From: Flaccisagitta enflata
Lineage: Eukaryota
Reading direction: 5' to 3'
DNA length: 64,000 bases
Assembly: GCA_965153355.1 (NCBI GenBank)
Contig: OZ231126.1
Location: forward strand, 33,418,001-33,482,000
The notes below the pieces were generated by a model. The model searched no databases. It was given only the letters and a program-made list of their open reading frames with translations, and was not told where the DNA came from. Shown one piece after another: positions 52,749-64,000 of the stretch. The translations under genes were made by a program, and so were the position numbers. The first letter of the stretch is position 1. Each line of letters starts with the position of its first letter.

Positions 52749-52826
52749 CCTGGAGCCAGATTGGACCCCATGACCATCAATGTTTGTTCGTAACTTCTTA
52801 GAGGCGTGTCCATCGTAGCTCGACAT
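52749..52826 (-). CDS. HNRNPL: hnRNP L-like first coding exon: MSSYDGHASKKLRTNIDGHGVQSGSR
   Basis: ATG at 52826, KKLRT motif resembling hnRNP L KRLKT, AGG|GTGAGT donor in phase 0 matching exon 2. Confidence 0.82.
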
Positions 52827-53154
52827 CTTCGCACGTTAAAGTTGACAGAAAATTTATTTCTTGTACCTTCGAAACTCCAACTCTTTCCAAAATCTTTAAA
52901 CTTCCGGAAAAGAACGCTACGCAAGCTTTTTAGACGCTGATTTAAGAAGAGCCCTAGCTGCATCACACTGCACGAGAGGAACAGCTTGAGTGCACTGCTG
53001 ATTGGCAGACACAGAATAAAAGATCCTCTCATTGGTTATTCATTTGTCAAACCTTTTCTGATAACATTTCTTTTCCTCGTGAGGACGCAACATTAACATT
53101 TGTCCGCAGCTTGGGAAATGAAAACAAAAGTCCAGGACGAAGAGAAATAACGCG

Positions 53155-53900
53155 ATACACTTTATTTTTTTTATAAGCACCTCGTTTATAAGCACGCCCA
53201 GCCTCAGATATTGGGAAAATTTAAGCACATTGCTAAGCACGCCCAGGCTGAGATTTTCCATTAAAGAAAAAATTCTTGGTTATTTTCTGAAAATATGCCA
53301 ATTTTTATGCATATTTGGTTGGAATTTCACAAAAACAAATGGAAACTTTGATAAAATTTGAAATCATCTATAATATCAGTCTGTCAGTATATTCAGGATT
53401 TTGATCATTCAGGATTTTGATACTGATAGAAATAATTGAATTTCTATAGAAATAATTGAATTTCTAATAATATTAAAGAATATTATTGCTTAGATATTAT
53501 TGTTAATAAGAATCTATTATTGTAGAAAGCACCACCAAGAAGAAAAATATAGTATGATACTAAATAACACAAAAAATCTAAAAAAAAACTATCAGGTCAT
53601 GATACTAATATCATCCCGTGGTTTATATGAAAGTAGGACAACGCCAGTAAAAGATACTGTATATTTTCTTATAACAAATACATTCGTCATTGTGTTTTAT
53701 ACTGTACTTTGTTCTATACTATACAATACTCTATGCTTTACTGTTTTATATATCCTACTGTGTACTTTGTTCTATACTTAATAGGATAATTACTTACCGA
53801 TAAATGATAAGCACGCACTTAAGCACATTTCAGCCTCGAAAATAAGATTTTGCTAAGCACGCTCAGCCTCAGCCAAAAAAGGAGCGTGCTTATAAAAGTA
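53155..53900. mobile_element. Degenerate pogo/Tigger-like MITE
   Basis: Clustered TAAGCAC(GC) and CAGCCTCAG motifs at both ends; terminal TTTTATAAGCAC/GTGCTTATAAAA inversion. Confidence 0.5.
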
Positions 53901-55307
53901 TTTCATGCGCGGTAGCTGGTAAGCGGTGCCATAAGCTGGTAAGCTGGTAAGCTGGTAAGCTGGTAAGCTGGTAAGCGGGCACCTTCCTAACTCTTTAACT
54001 TCTTAACTCTATAAGACGATTTATCCGCCCGTCCGTCCGTCCGTGGTGATCGAGTAGAAACGTGGGAAGAGGAGCGTTTTGGATTTTTTTTATTATGCTT
54101 GTGTATGGACTATGGAGTGAGGTTAGGTGTGGATGGGGGTCGGGTGCCCCTGCCCACCCGTCCGCAACGATATTGTGACCCCGCGTCACTTGTTGTCTAT
54201 GAGTCATCAGTTGATGACTTGCAATTCATCCATTGGTCCGTCCATCGGTCCGTTCATTCGTCGATAAAGCTCGAGTCGAAGAAAGCTCGAGTCGAAGTTT
54301 GCAAAAACGCGTTACTTGTTTCTTTGTTGTAATATGCCACTCTGCCAACAAGACTATGCCTCTTGACTCTTGAAAGTCTCTTGAAAGTCTTATAGTCTTA
54401 ATGTTTGAGAGTCTCATACTAAACTTATAGACAAAGTTTGAGCCTCGGGCCCCGTAGCTCCAATCCATCACCGCCTAGCAGGTGTAGAAAATTTTTGCTT
54501 TGTTTTTTTTTCCTCTTTGTTTCACAGGAAAAAAAACTTACTCTTTTCACAGAAAAAAGAATAGAAAAGACATCATTTCATTCTATACGAGCTGCTTCTG
54601 CTATCTTACGTTGTTAACTTTGGACATTAATTCCCATTTCGATTGAAAAACTGAATTCCCTGATTATTATTCACTAAATGGGAAAATCTTTATTATGCAA
54701 TACAAATTTAAAAGGAAAATAAAAATATTTCAAATCATTTGACCCACATCAATACAGCTATCAGCGGGCTCAACAGCTATCAGTGACTTCTTGGATTTCA
54801 AAATAGAAAAATATTGTAAGGTTTATGCTTGTCCAGCAAGTTGATAATGAGAAAAAAAAACTGGCTGACGTTCCTTATGTTTACCAGAATGATGTACTTG
54901 TAATGTACTTGTTTTTTTATTTACAAGAGAGGGAAAGACAAAACAAACAAACAAAAATGTTGATATAACATTAACGATTGACAACATCGATGGTTGGGTG
55001 TTTTTTTTTTGTTGGTTTATCTTATCTTGAAAAGAACAAAAAATTCTGTTAGATTGTCCTATTCATTTAGCAACTGCCATCAAAGATTCTTGATTCATGA
55101 CAGACAATACATATTTCAACTCATCAAACATTGTTGTCGTGCCGTAATTTGAAACAAGACCCGGATCATGAAGCCTTAGGTGTTCAACACCATCCGTTGC
55201 AGTCGCAGAATGTATTACATATATTGCTATTGCAAAAATAGTATATTTTGTCTCCTGTGTCATCAATAATGATTATTTAAAACAAAAAATACCATTAATC
55301 TCTCACA

Positions 55308-55688
55308 TTATTTGTGCGAAAACTTTGCATTTTCATCGCTTCCCTCCTCCTTAGAAATAGAATCCATCAGAGCCGGAGCTGGTTCAAAACACTGGGAACG
55401 ATCTCTGTCATCAATGCCAACATCGTTGGCAACTTGAATAGTCCCGCCAACAGCGATTATGTCATCAACCGCGGTTATGTCATCTACGTCATTATTGCTT
55501 TTTATCTCTTCCGGACTTGATGGCCGATTGATCCGATCATTGCTCCTCGAATTCGATGTTGAGGCTGGTCTTTGATGCAGTTGAAATTCTGGGAAATTTA
55601 GATTGATTGCGTCTTGAATCGAAGTGAGTAACGGCATCGTGATGGTTTGAGGAAGACTGAGGCGCGGAGGACCTGGGTGTGGAAATAT
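55308..55688 (-). CDS. Possible terminal exon of the upstream low-complexity protein gene (frame uncertain)
   Basis: Non-repetitive coding-like sequence after a TAG acceptor at 55689-55691; the phase-1 frame gives ~50 aa, while the longest open frame is phase 0. Confidence 0.35.
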   Translation of the reverse strand: MFPHPGPPRLSLPQTITMPLLTSIQDAINLNFPEFQLHQRPASTSNSRSNDRINRPSSPEEIKSNNDVDDITAVDDIIAVGGTIQVANDVGIDDRDRSQCFEPAPALMDSISKEEGSDENAKFSHK

Positions 55689-55822
55689 CTAGTATGATGA
55701 TGACGATTCATCGCTTCTAACTGTATTTGTCTGCCTTCTATCCTTTTTTGTCTTATCTGAGTCAGTTTTTCCCCTCTTCTTATGTCTTGACTTCCACTCT
55801 GATTGTCTGTAACTGTACGCTC

Positions 55823-55868
<46 letters not shown>

Positions 55869-55876
55869 CCTTCTCT

Positions 55877-55945
<69 letters not shown>

Positions 55946-55965
55946 ACTTTCCTACTGCAACTCAC

Positions 55966-58900
55966 CATCGTCAAGAAGCAACCAATCTTTCTCAGTTTCG
56001 TAGCTTCTCCCCAACTCTTTGCCTCCTTCCGCCATTCTTGGTGACGATGACGATGCCGGCCTAACAAGACCTCGTTCCAGTCCTTTTTTTCCACCTTCTT
56101 TGCGTCTACTTATCCTTATTGCGTCACCCTCATGATCATCGTCCTCCTCCTCATCATCATCGTCCTTGTCGACGAGCATTTCCAATGACGCCGTCGCCGA
56201 ACACAAATCCGGATAGAGTTCTCGATAAGTGGGAAGCGTCATGGATCCCGCCGATTGGTTCAATGTCGATTCAGTCGCTGATGTCTTGGTGCACATTTGA
56301 TTCTCCACATCTTCCTCTTCCTCTCTTCTCAGCTCCTCTCCCTCCTCCACGTCGTCTCTGACGAGGGAACTATAGTCCGGTGGCATAGATCCAAGCGAAG
56401 TCCATTTAGACTTCAATGAAAGCGAGGATGATGATTTGTTGAGCTCGGCTTCGACGAAAAAGTCCGAGTTGATGGCCGCTGCCGCCGCTGCCGCCTCTGC
56501 CACATCCGCCGCGGGCGATGCTGCAGCTGGCAGTGGAGGTTGTGCATCAACGGCGGCTTCCGCGGTCGATGAGGTGGCAAGGGGCGTGGCGTTAGCCGTG
56601 ATTTGTGAGGATGGAGTGGAGGGTATGATTTGAGTCGAATCGACAGTCCTAATGACGTTGTCAGGGCCGGATCCGGCGTTACATGAGGATGGATTTAGAG
56701 ACATGTTAGATTTGTTGATGGGAGTGGGAAGAATGGAATGAGGGAAAACTACTTCGGTAGGAATTGGAAATCCGGTAGAACAAGAAACGTCTGTTACTAC
56801 GACGGGAGTTTCGGTTGAATCTGTCGTTAAAAACGAATCGACGATATTTGCTCGGGAATGTTTTTTAATTGTGCGAAATTTTAACGCCGTCAATTTCGGA
56901 TCATGAGAGGAAACTTGTGATGTGGGTGTTGAGGATTTTTCCAATATTCGTAATGATGAATTTTCTGACGTTTCGAGACTTGTCTTTGAGTCATCGAGCT
57001 TCTCTCCAAATAGATTTGTTTTGATATTGCTTTTAGTGGTTTTGTCCTTACCGCATGCACCCGCTTTTTCTTCCGTCATTCTTTCCTTTACCTCCTTTGT
57101 CACGCCCTCCTTTCCTCCACCAACTGCAGCTTCTGCTGCTGTTGCTGCTGCTGTTGTTGTCGTTGTTGCTGCTTCTGCTCCTCCTCCTCCTCCTTCAGCA
57201 GCAGCGCCCTCTTGTTTAGCGACTTCTCCACTTTCAGGCAAAAACGCGAGAAAAGGATTTCTTTGAGGCGGAAGAACGAAAGTCTTGTCCACAGTTGGAG
57301 ACGAACATTCTGGCGGGGTTTTCAACTCGATAGGCGATAGCTGCGTTACTGTTTTGACAGTTTTACTTGTCGCCTCTCCATCTCCGACAACGTGGCTTCT
57401 TCTACCCTTCTCGTCTTTGACATTGCCTTTGTCTAATCTGTGTATATTTTGATTCAATTTTGTGGGCTTATTATTATTGCCTAACGAAATATGGGACGGA
57501 TTTTTCACTGTCGATTTTTTCTTCTTCTCCGTTTTATTACTTTTGTTGTTAGTTTTTGAGGAAGAGGATGAGGAGGAGGCCGGGGAAGAGCAAGATGCGG
57601 AGCGCCCCTCGGCCACCAACTTGGGCTTCGGTTTGGCTTTCCTGGGCAATGTCGACGTGGAGGAAGCTGACGATGTTGAGGACAACCTCTTCGACGTTGG
57701 ATCATTGACGAGAATACCTTTCTTCTCGGAAGTGGAAGTGGCATTCTCGTCGATTTCGATGGAAGTCTGACGGCCTACTCGAGATGCTGTTAGAGGCGGT
57801 GTCTCGAAGGATGATGAGACCGTATCGGAGACGTAAGTCGGGGGAGTAAAGAAGATGGCGGAGGGAGTTAAAGGAGGAAGAGAATGAAGAGGATGATGAG
57901 ATGGAGGAGAGGAGAAAAGGGAGATGGAAGATGGAGGATATGGACCGGAGAGAGGAGAGTAGGAAATTTGCGCCGCCAGAGGATGTGGAAGTGGATGAGG
58001 CGGAGGTGGAAGAGTATGATGAGGAAGTTCAAAGGAAGAGAGTGGAGGAGGATGAGGATAAAACGAGGTCGTCGTTGTCGACGACGATGCTGTAGAGGAT
58101 GCTGTTGTCGATGATGAAGTAGTCGGTTGAAGAAAGTCATTCGCGATGATCAACGGCGGTGCCGACGGAATCTTTCTCCTCGGCGATTGGCTCAAATCAT
58201 TCAATCCAGCGCCTGTGAATCCACGTGCGATACCGGCTTTTCTTGGGCCCAGTCCTTTGCCACCGCCGCCTCCCGCTCCTCCTCCCTCACCGCCGCCACT
58301 CAAAGCGGTGAGTCTCACGATGAAAGGAGATCCCTTTTTAGGCGTGGCCAACAAGGGTGAAGACGATCCACTCCCTCCTCCTCCTCCTCCTCCATTAGAA
58401 GATGACATGGAAGAAATTCTGGCCCGTCCCAAATGTCTGGCTTCCATGACGGCTCCGCTGGACGTCGGTCTTTTCGGCGTCCATTCTTGTTGACGAATGA
58501 CGCCGTCAGCCGCTGGAGCGTTGGCGTTGTCATTGTTCCGCCCTCTTTGAGGCGTATTTTCGGGCATCGGCGCGTCGAAGGAATTGGATGTCGAAGATCG
58601 GTACGACGCCGACCGCCTTTGCTGTTGCTGTTGTTGTTGCTGACGCTGTTGTTCTTTGCCATTTCCAAAAAAGACGTTCCCACTGCCGCTGCCACCGCCG
58701 CTGATATTGCCGCCGCTGTTGTTATTGTTGTTATTATTGATGAAATTGCTACCGCTTATGTTTCCAATGCCAATTTCCGAACTGGGTCGATGATAAATGG
58801 AGACGTTTTGATTTTCGCCTCTGATATTAAATCGCGCTCGTTTCCGGTCTCTGACGGCGCGCCGGCCGTGAATAATGACGCCGCCGCCGCCGACGCCGCC

Positions 58901-59036
58901 CGTGGCGCCGATTCCATTGCCGAGGACGCCGGCGCCGCTGCTGATGTAACGAACGCCGCCGTATTTGGGGGATGAGTGAGGATGAGAGAGAGATGTGAGG
59001 CTAGTGGCGCGGTGAAGACTCTGATCGCTCTCGAAA
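55966..59036 (-). CDS. Large internal exon (~1023 codons) of an unidentified, largely disordered Ser/Gly/Pro-rich protein
   Basis: 3.1-kb stop-free frame bounded by TTATCAG| acceptor and G|GTGAGT donor; no recognisable globular domain. Confidence 0.85.
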
Positions 59037-59101
59037 CTGATAAGGATATATGGAGAAAACAAAATTATCGTTCAAATGATGTTTATATTGTTGGTGGTGT
59101 C

Positions 59102-59206
<105 letters not shown>

Positions 59207-59275
59207 TGTGCGTGCGTTTGCGTGTTTGTATTTGTGGAAGAGTGATGTTGGGTGAGTGGTTGTGAGTCTATGTGT

Positions 59276-59908
59276 TAAAAAATCTCAGGATTATGTCAAA
59301 ATTGTGGGATTTTACCGTCCATTCCATTCTAGACCAATTTTGACCCCAGGAATCCAAATCTGCCGTCAAAAATGGTCTCAGGTCAATATTTTGATAGGCT
59401 ACAGCTACATTTCTCAGGTCAAAATACTATATAAGGTCAAATTTTCAAAATTGGAAATTTGTCAATCTGATTGCAGATTCGAAATCCTTGCAAAAAACTG
59501 TGTGAAGAAAGTGTCTTTCTTTTTTCAAAATTTTGATTAGAACATAGTCAAAATTAGCATTATCCGTCAAAATTAGGCCAAATTTAGACAAAAGAGCAAT
59601 TTTACACTATTTTGGAGGTTTAACGCTAATTTTGACCATGTTCCAATCAAAATTTCAAAAAAAGAAAGATACTTTCTTTTGATAGTTTTTTCCAAAGATT
59701 TTGGAATCTGCCATCAGATAGACAAATTTCCAATTTTGAAAATTTGACCTTATATAGTATTTTGACCTGAGAAATGTAGCCGTAGCCAATCAAAATATTG
59801 ACCTAAGACCATTTCTGACTGCAGATTTGGAATCCTTGGGTCAAAACTGGTCTAGTATGGTATGGACGGTAAAATCCACCAATTTTGACATAATCCTGAG
59901 ATTTTTTA
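59276..59908. mobile_element. Foldback/Mutator-like palindromic element with 10-bp TSD
   Basis: GTCTATGTGT|TAAAAAATCTCAGGATTATGTCAAAATTG ... CAATTTTGACATAATCCTGAGATTTTTTA|GTCTATGTGT; ~290-bp arms. Confidence 0.9.
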
Positions 59909-60035
59909 GTCTATGTGTGTTTGTTTGTGGGTGAGAGGTTGTGTGTGTTAGTGGATGAGTGTCTGTTTGTGTTGGATTAAACACAGTATATCCCACTAAA
60001 AAAAACTGTAGCTTTGATCTCACAATTCAACTCAC

Positions 60036-60215
60036 CGGATCATTCCACCCCCTCCTCCTCCTCTTCCTGCTCCTCCTCCAATTCCGTCGTCGTTATTTTC
60101 GTCGCTTTCGCTGGACTGAGAGTCGACGTTCAATGAAGCTGCGGTTGTTCGGAGTAAATCGCGGACTGTGATAGTAGTTTGGCCGTTGACCGCTTGAGGC
60201 TCCGCGGTAGGAATT
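60036..60215 (-). CDS. Upstream exon of the same unidentified gene: IPTAEPQAVNGQTTITVRDLLRTTAASLNVDSQSSESDENNDDGIGGG...MIR
   Basis: TTTTCCCTACCAG| acceptor, CG|GTGAGT donor; 180 nt, open in phase 2 and joins the 59036 exon in frame. Confidence 0.75.
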
Positions 60216-61323
60216 CTGGTAGGGAAAAATCCAAAAAGACCATGAACACATGTCAGAAACGGCCAAAATTTGTATTCGTATCGGCTTTGTTTTCATATCG
60301 GGCCGAGGAAATAATCTATGTACAGGGAAGGAACCATGGCTAAAGTTACGAGTAAAACGAGCTAAAACGCAATATCAGAAATTTCAACCTGCATTCTAAA
60401 ATGTCCCATGGGTGATATTTAGTCAAATATGGTTTCAGCATAGCGCCAGGTTACCAGTTTTTACCTAAATAGTCCCCAGGTAATCTTTTTTTATTTTCTA
60501 AATGTGTTAAAAACTAAAGATATGATAAAGCTTCATATGAAAGGGTACTGCGGCCAAACTTCGCCGCCGTGAGTTGACGTCGACTGCCTGCAATATCCCT
60601 AAAGCGTGCTGATTTCATATCTCTTTTCATTTTCCATGTGCGATCACGCCGTAACGCACCATCTTCAAAAGAAGCAGGATATGACATTGACATAAAATCA
60701 ATTTTCGCTTGTATTGTGGTCTGAGTGTTTTTTTTTCTTCAAAAAGATTGTGTTATAAATTTGAGAGTTGAGGAAGCTTAACACAAGGCTGGATACACGG
60801 CTACCCCAGTCGCGTGCAGGTGGGCAGGGGCCATATTTGAGGTCAATAGAGCATTTGGGCAGGAATGGCATGGCATGCCGAAAAAGTAGTGTGACGATTG
60901 GACGGATGGACAGACAGACTGGCGGATGGATGTATGGATGGACCAACAAAGCGGAGTGTTGAGTTGAGTAGCAGGCGAATAAAATAAGGCTGGATACATG
61001 GCTACCCCTGTCGCATGTGGATGGGCAGGGGCAGTGATGGAGAGGGTCACTGGAGCAGTTGGGCAGGAGCAGTACGCTCAAAATTGCCGAAAAAGTTAAA
61101 TGGAGACCAACCGACCGACCGATGGACAAAGCAGGGTGTAGAGTTGCGTTGCACGCGACTGAAAAGAAAATGAAATTATTTATTATTATAGCTAAACTGG
61201 GTCAATGTGAGCTAATGGGAGCAGCACATATTATCCCAAGAACATGACAAGTTCAAATCTGTTTTTGTTTTTAGTCGCGTGCTACGCGACTGTATAAGCC
61301 ACTTTTTGGTCCATCCATCCACG

Positions 61324-61462
<139 letters not shown>

Positions 61463-62051
61463 ACGCGTGTGTGTGAGTGATTTTTTACAAGACTTCTATG
61501 CATTTGTTTGGGTTTTTTTTTTTAAATTCGAGCAGACATAGACTGTAATATATAAAACCTAACCCACCCCTAGCCCTATCGCTAGCCCATATTTAACCCT
61601 AACCCTGAAGCTTCGAGATCGTCAGGCTTACCTCAGAATGTCAGATTATAGCAAGGATACTCGCTGCTTTGGTGTCCAAACTGTCAATTGAAGTTATGTG
61701 GTGCACTGTGGGACACACCGTTCGCATTTGAAACAAAAATAGTAATGACAATGACTAGCAATAAAATTTGTCTCAAAAAATTGCGTTTTATCCCATAGTG
61801 CATTGGTCTGTTACTTTTACAGACAAAATCAGTCAGGATCAGTAAACCACACACATCTGGCATAACAAACTGCCAACTTGGTAGTGCCAAGTCCCAAGCC
61901 GAGACTCATGAGCAGATACTACATTCCACATTGGTTTGAGGAAATGCTACATCTGAGCTATCTCTGTGCCATGCCTGTATATTCTTCCATCCTTCCAAGT
62001 GGCATATATTTTTCAATGATATCTGCTGACGTCAGCAACCGCCTATATAAC

Positions 62052-62138
<87 letters not shown>

Positions 62139-62404
62139 TACACACATGACAAAGGATCAAAAGCCATGAAAGTCAAGATATTATTTGCATATTGCAATCA
62201 TATGATGAATAAGATTTATATTCTCTGTCATTTAGTCAATTAGAGTTGAAATCATAACTTAAACTAAATGTTTGTTTATAAAGATACAAAGAAAAACCTT
62301 TCTGGTCGTTTTAAAGTAATCAACATCATTTTGAGTTCTATGTACCTTACCGTGGATCAGATTTATATGGATAAATCAAAAACTGAAAAATCACCTATTG
62401 GGTG

Positions 62405-62552
62405 CTCGGTCGCCAACTTAGCTACTAGGTAGCTAAATTTAGCTACTTCAGAGGGGTGTTAGCTACTAAAAAAGTTATTTAGTTACTAGTTACTAATTTA
62501 GCTATTGATAAAGATGCCAAGTTATTTCTCTCTCTCTCTCTTTCTCTTTCTT

Positions 62553-62584
<32 letters not shown>

Positions 62585-62597
62585 CTTCTCTTTCTCT

Positions 62598-62656
<59 letters not shown>

Positions 62657-63568
62657 CTCAGTCTCTCTGTCTCTTTTTGTATTTCTCTCTCCATGTATCT
62701 TTTTCATTTTGTTTTTTGAGTTGTGGACACGCAACTTAAGGCTTTGTCCATCCATCAGTTGGTCCATCCATTGGTGTCCGTCCATCAGTTGGTCCATCCA
62801 TTGGTGTGTAGAGGGGAGTTGGGGTGGGGTTGGGGTGAGGCTGGGGGATGGATACCGCTGCCCACCTATCCGCAACAATATTGTGACCTCGCGTCACTTG
62901 TTCTTACACTATCTCTCTCTCTCTCTCTCTTTTAAACATGCAACTCACAGATCTGCTGTTTTGCTATTGAGCATTAGGGTGACTGAAAATATGGTTATAT
63001 TTGAATCTGGTCTCCCTCGCGGGAGAAATGAGACCATTTCCATCACAGATGATAACCCTAAAATCTGGTGGCAATCAAATGAAGTTTACTCATGGCCGCA
63101 ACCCCCCTCATTTCCCATAGAACATGTACAGGAAAGAATTTGGCCTATGTAGCTTCCTATCTTTTATAAAGGGAATGGGGTGGGGTTGCGGCCATAAGTA
63201 AACTTTGTCTAATCATCTCATGATTTTAGAGTTACCATCTATGATGGAAATGGTCACATTTCTCCTGCGAGGAAGACCAGATTCGGAGTTGACCATATTT
63301 TAAGTCAATCTGTTGAACATTGAACTCCATATTAGACATGTCAAATATTATAGACTTTTTTGTGTGATTTATTCCATGTAACTTAATTGTTGGATCTTTA
63401 TATCAGTGATTGTTAAATCATTCCTTTACTTATCCATATGATATATAAGTGAGTTATTTAACATGGTTTGGATACTAATTTAGATAATAGCGAAAAAACT
63501 TAGCTACTTTTTAGATACCTGGAGAGGGTCAGACAGCTACTTGGACCCTTAAGGTGTTGGCGACCAAG
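62405..63568. mobile_element. hAT-like non-autonomous element with 8-bp TSD
   Basis: ATTGGGTG|CTCGGTCGCCAAC ... GTTGGCGACCAAG|ATTGGGTG; subterminal TAGCTACT repeats at both ends (motif also at ~40010-40135). Confidence 0.85.
62976..63311. mobile_element. Nested palindromic (Mutator-like) MITE
   Basis: AAAATATGG...GACCATTTCCATCA vs TGATGGAAATGGTC...CCATATTTT; degenerate 10-bp flanks ATTGAGCATT/GTTGAACATT. Confidence 0.7.
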
Positions 63569-63862
63569 ATTGGGTGAGATTCATCTGAGGATAGATGAAC
63601 CGAATTTTGAGCTGTTGATAGACTAGCAGGCCAGGTGGCCGAGCTGATTTCAAACTGATAGCCAATCACTCCCAAGGTTCCCCTGGTGTTATATGATGTG
63701 TTTTTGAACATAAGTGAGCAAGCTTACTTTTGAGATAATTCTTTCTTTCTTTCTCTCTTTTTTCTTTTTCTTTTGATATCTATTTCTTTCTTTTCTTTTT
63801 TTTTTTTGCTCTTTCTTTTAGTTCTTTCTTTCATTCTTTTCTCTCTTCTTTCGCTCTTCTCT

Positions 63863-64000
63863 CTTTTTGGGCAGCGGCCCCGAAGGGGACGATGTCCTGT
63901 AGAACACAGGGGACTTTCGTTTGTTCGTTTGTCCGTTCGTCCCCCCCCCCTCATTGAGCCCCTCAGGCCACAAATCTGATCTCTCAGGCCTCAAATCTGA
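63863..64000 (+). mobile_element. HINE-like element, second family, truncated by the window end
   Basis: TTTTTGGGCAGCGGCCCCGAAGGGGACGATGTCCTGTAGAACACAGGGG. Confidence 0.7.

Noticed and set aside
61632..61680. AG/GT-bounded 49-nt segment as the next upstream exon of the large-exon gene
   Set aside because: Stop codons in all three frames

Overview
Eukaryotic (animal, probably invertebrate) genomic DNA, very rich in microsatellites and non-autonomous DNA transposons; the taxon cannot be fixed from the sequence. Main contents: (1) an apparently intact single-ORF non-LTR retrotransposon at ~11.3-15.1 kb (hydrophobic leader, 2A-like peptide, PHD finger, AP endonuclease, RT, (CATT)n tail); (2) a minus-strand hnRNP L / smooth-like gene with 11 coding exons reconstructed by hand (52826 to ~45001), covering RRM1, RRM2, an RGG-rich linker and RRM3, with no RRM4 found in the window; (3) a minus-strand gene fragment with a 3.07-kb low-complexity exon (55966-59036) and an upstream exon (60036-60215); (4) roughly 20 Helentron-associated (HINE/DINE-1-like) elements, several carrying different internal tandem arrays; (5) many MITE/foldback elements with TA, 4-, 8- or 10-bp target duplications, often nested. 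Most ORF-track entries are microsatellite artefacts. All family assignments rest on recalled motifs and terminal structure, not database searches.
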